The notes below the pieces were generated by a model that did no database searches, had not been told where the DNA came from, and saw only the letters and a program-made list of their open reading frames with translations. A DNA stretch of 63,426 nucleotides, filler included. It is 8 parts of 8 records of this genome, joined end to end, with 100 filler letters (N's around TTAATTAATTAA, not from the genome) between each part and the next. Parts side by side here need not be neighbours in the genome. Positions count along the whole stretch, not along the records: positions 47,320 to 63,426 come from SRR31156797_37118; 7 more parts are not named here. The stretch is one strand, 5' to 3'. Shown here piece after piece: positions 61,942-63,426 of the stretch. A program made the translations under genes and the position numbers. How positions within the stretch are numbered: position 1 is the first letter of the stretch; every line of letters begins with the position of its first letter.

Positions 61942-63426
61942 ATGGACAGGAAATTACCTCTTCAACTTAACAATATCAGTATGACATTTCCCGGGGTGAA
62001 GGCTCTCAACAGCGTAAGCTTCAGCGCCAATCAGGGCGAAGTCTTAGGACTTGTCGGAGTTAACGGCGCCGGAAAATCAACGATGATGAACATTCTGGGC
62101 GGCGTCATACAACCGGATAAGGGCTCGGAAATCGTCATTAACGGGGAAGCCGTCAGGATCAGGAATCCCAGAGTGGCCGAGGATTTGGGCATCGCCTTCA
62201 TCCAACAGGAGGTCGCCGCATTTGAAACCATGAGCGTATATGAGAACGTGCTCGCCAGCGATTTTGACAAGTGGCGTAAGAAAGGGACGCCCTTCCTGGA
62301 CAAGAAAGGCATGAAAGAGGAAGTCAGGAAGCATCTGGCCACCCTCGATTGCCATATCGACGTTGAGACCCCGACCCACAAACTGACCGTCGGGGAAAAG
62401 CAGATGGTTCAGATCGCCAGGGCCCTCAGCCAGGGCGGTCAGATCCTGCTCTTCGATGAGCCTACGGCTTCCCTTTCCGATCATGAGACTCAAAAACTCT
62501 TTGAGATCATCAATAGCCTGAGAGCTCAGGGCTACATCATCTTCTATATCTCCCACTACCTGGACGAGATTTTCGAGATGTGCGACAGAGTCGTCGCCCT
62601 GCGGGACGGCCGTAAGACCGGCGAATCTTCCATCGCTGAAATCAACAAGGAAACACTGGTCGACATGATGATCGGCCGTGTCGTCGAGACTGCGGAGCGC
62701 AAGGATTCCAGAGATAAGGATGCGGTTATCCTGAGAGCGGAAAACATAACGGGTTCCAAGTTCCCCAAGGACATCAGTTTCGACCTGCACAAAGGGGAAA
62801 TACTCGGCGTCTGGGGGCTCCTCGGATCCGGCAGGTCAGAGCTTTTCAACACATTGCTCGGCTTCGATAAAATGGTAGAGGGAAAGATCTCGTTCAACAG
62901 AGAAGGTGCTCTGGAAGAGATAAGCCAGAAAGACCTGTACAAACATGTGGGCTATCTGACCGAAGGGAGGCATCATAACGGCGTTTTCCTGGATATGACG
63001 ATTGCCGAGAACATCACCAGCTCCGCTCTTGAAAGATTCGCTTCGAAGCGAATCGGCATTCTGAACAACAGGAAAGAAAAAAAAGAATCCCTTGAATATA
63101 TGGAGCAGGTGAACGTCAAAGCCGTTCATGAGAATGTGAATGTCAGAACCCTTTCCGGCGGTAACCAGCAGAAAGTCATCATCTCCAAGTGGATGCTGAA
63201 AAACCCGGACATCCTGTTTATGGATGAGCCTACAAAGGGCGTCGACGTCGGCGCGAAGGCCGAGATCCAGAGCATTATCTTCGACAGGTCTGAAAAAGGA
63301 ATGTCCTTCGTCGTCGTTTCGTCGGAGCTGGATGAGATTATGAGCCTTTGCGACCGGATCATCGTTATTGCCGAAGGCAGGCTCGTGGGCGAAGTGAACA
63401 GAGATGATTTTTCTAAAGAGGCTCTT
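61942..63426 (+). CDS. Sugar ABC transporter ATP-binding protein (RbsA-like), runs off window end; not in ORF track
   Basis: Manual translation MDRKLPLQLNNISMTFPGVKAL...GVNGAGKST, FDEPT, LSGGNQQKV, MDEPTKGVDVGAK, SSELDE. Confidence 0.93.
   Translation, partial: MDRKLPLQLNNISMTFPGVKALNSVSFSANQGEVLGLVGVNGAGKSTMMNILGGVIQPDKGSEIVINGEAVRIRNPRVAEDLGIAFIQQEVAAFETMSVYENVLASDFDKWRKKGTPFLDKKGMKEEVRKHLATLDCHIDVETPTHKLTVGEKQMVQIARALSQGGQILLFDEPTASLSDHETQKLFEIINSLRAQGYIIFYISHYLDEIFEMCDRVVALRDGRKTGESSIAEINKETLVDMMIGRVVETAERKDSRDKDAVILRAENITGSKFPKDISFDLHKGEILGVWGLLGSGRSELFNTLLGFDKMVEGKISFNREGALEEISQKDLYKHVGYLTEGRHHNGVFLDMTIAENITSSALERFASKRIGILNNRKEKKESLEYMEQVNVKAVHENVNVRTLSGGNQQKVIISKWMLKNPDILFMDEPTKGVDVGAKAEIQSIIFDRSEKGMSFVVVSSELDEIMSLCDRIIVIAEGRLVGEVNRDDFSKEAL

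Noticed and set aside
1-63426. CRISPR array or cas genes that might accompany the HEPN protein
   Set aside because: No regularly spaced direct repeats or cas-like ORFs seen by eye on any contig.

Overview
This window is not one locus. It is 8 unrelated contigs joined by identical 100-bp spacers (44 N + TTAATTAATTAA + 44 N), so gene order is meaningful only within a contig. Taxon calls below are inferences from gene content and composition. (1) 1-6955, Bacteroidota-like: hybrid sensor kinase, SprB/FISUMP lipoprotein operon, C45 hydrolase, pepA. (2) 7056-13297, Desulfobacterota-like: sigma54-controlled catabolic cluster (sulfatase-like protein with Thr at the nucleophile site, thioredoxin, SDR, class III aminotransferase, ABC ATPase, divergent activator). 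(3) 13398-18970, Bacteroidota: TonB receptor, AlkA-like glycosylase, two phosphodiesterase-like genes. (4) 19071-24798, Bacteroidota: clpP, T9SS beta-helix protein, fucI with GntR regulator. (5) 24899-31920, very AT-rich diderm: LPS core/msbA locus and a tRNA 3' end. (6) 32021-39583, Bacteroidota: atpG, ispD, TetR-TolC-MFP-RND efflux operon. (7) 39684-47219, Methanosarcinaceae-like archaeon: PAS/HAMP chemoreceptor, Msr/ArsR-like regulator, pncB, a ~175-nt structured intergenic element, tandem LamG protein. (8) 47320-63426, Spirochaetota-like: alpha-2-macroglobulin, AbiF/Abi_2 HEPN nuclease, LRR-DUF4274 protein, and a SorC-regulated DhaL/DhaK x2/ketose 3-epimerase/ABC sugar cluster. The best candidates for a second look are the promoter + GC-rich RNA hairpin + AbiF HEPN gene (likely RNA-antitoxin/HEPN-toxin module, 51609-52692) and the archaeal structured ncRNA candidate (44874-45073).
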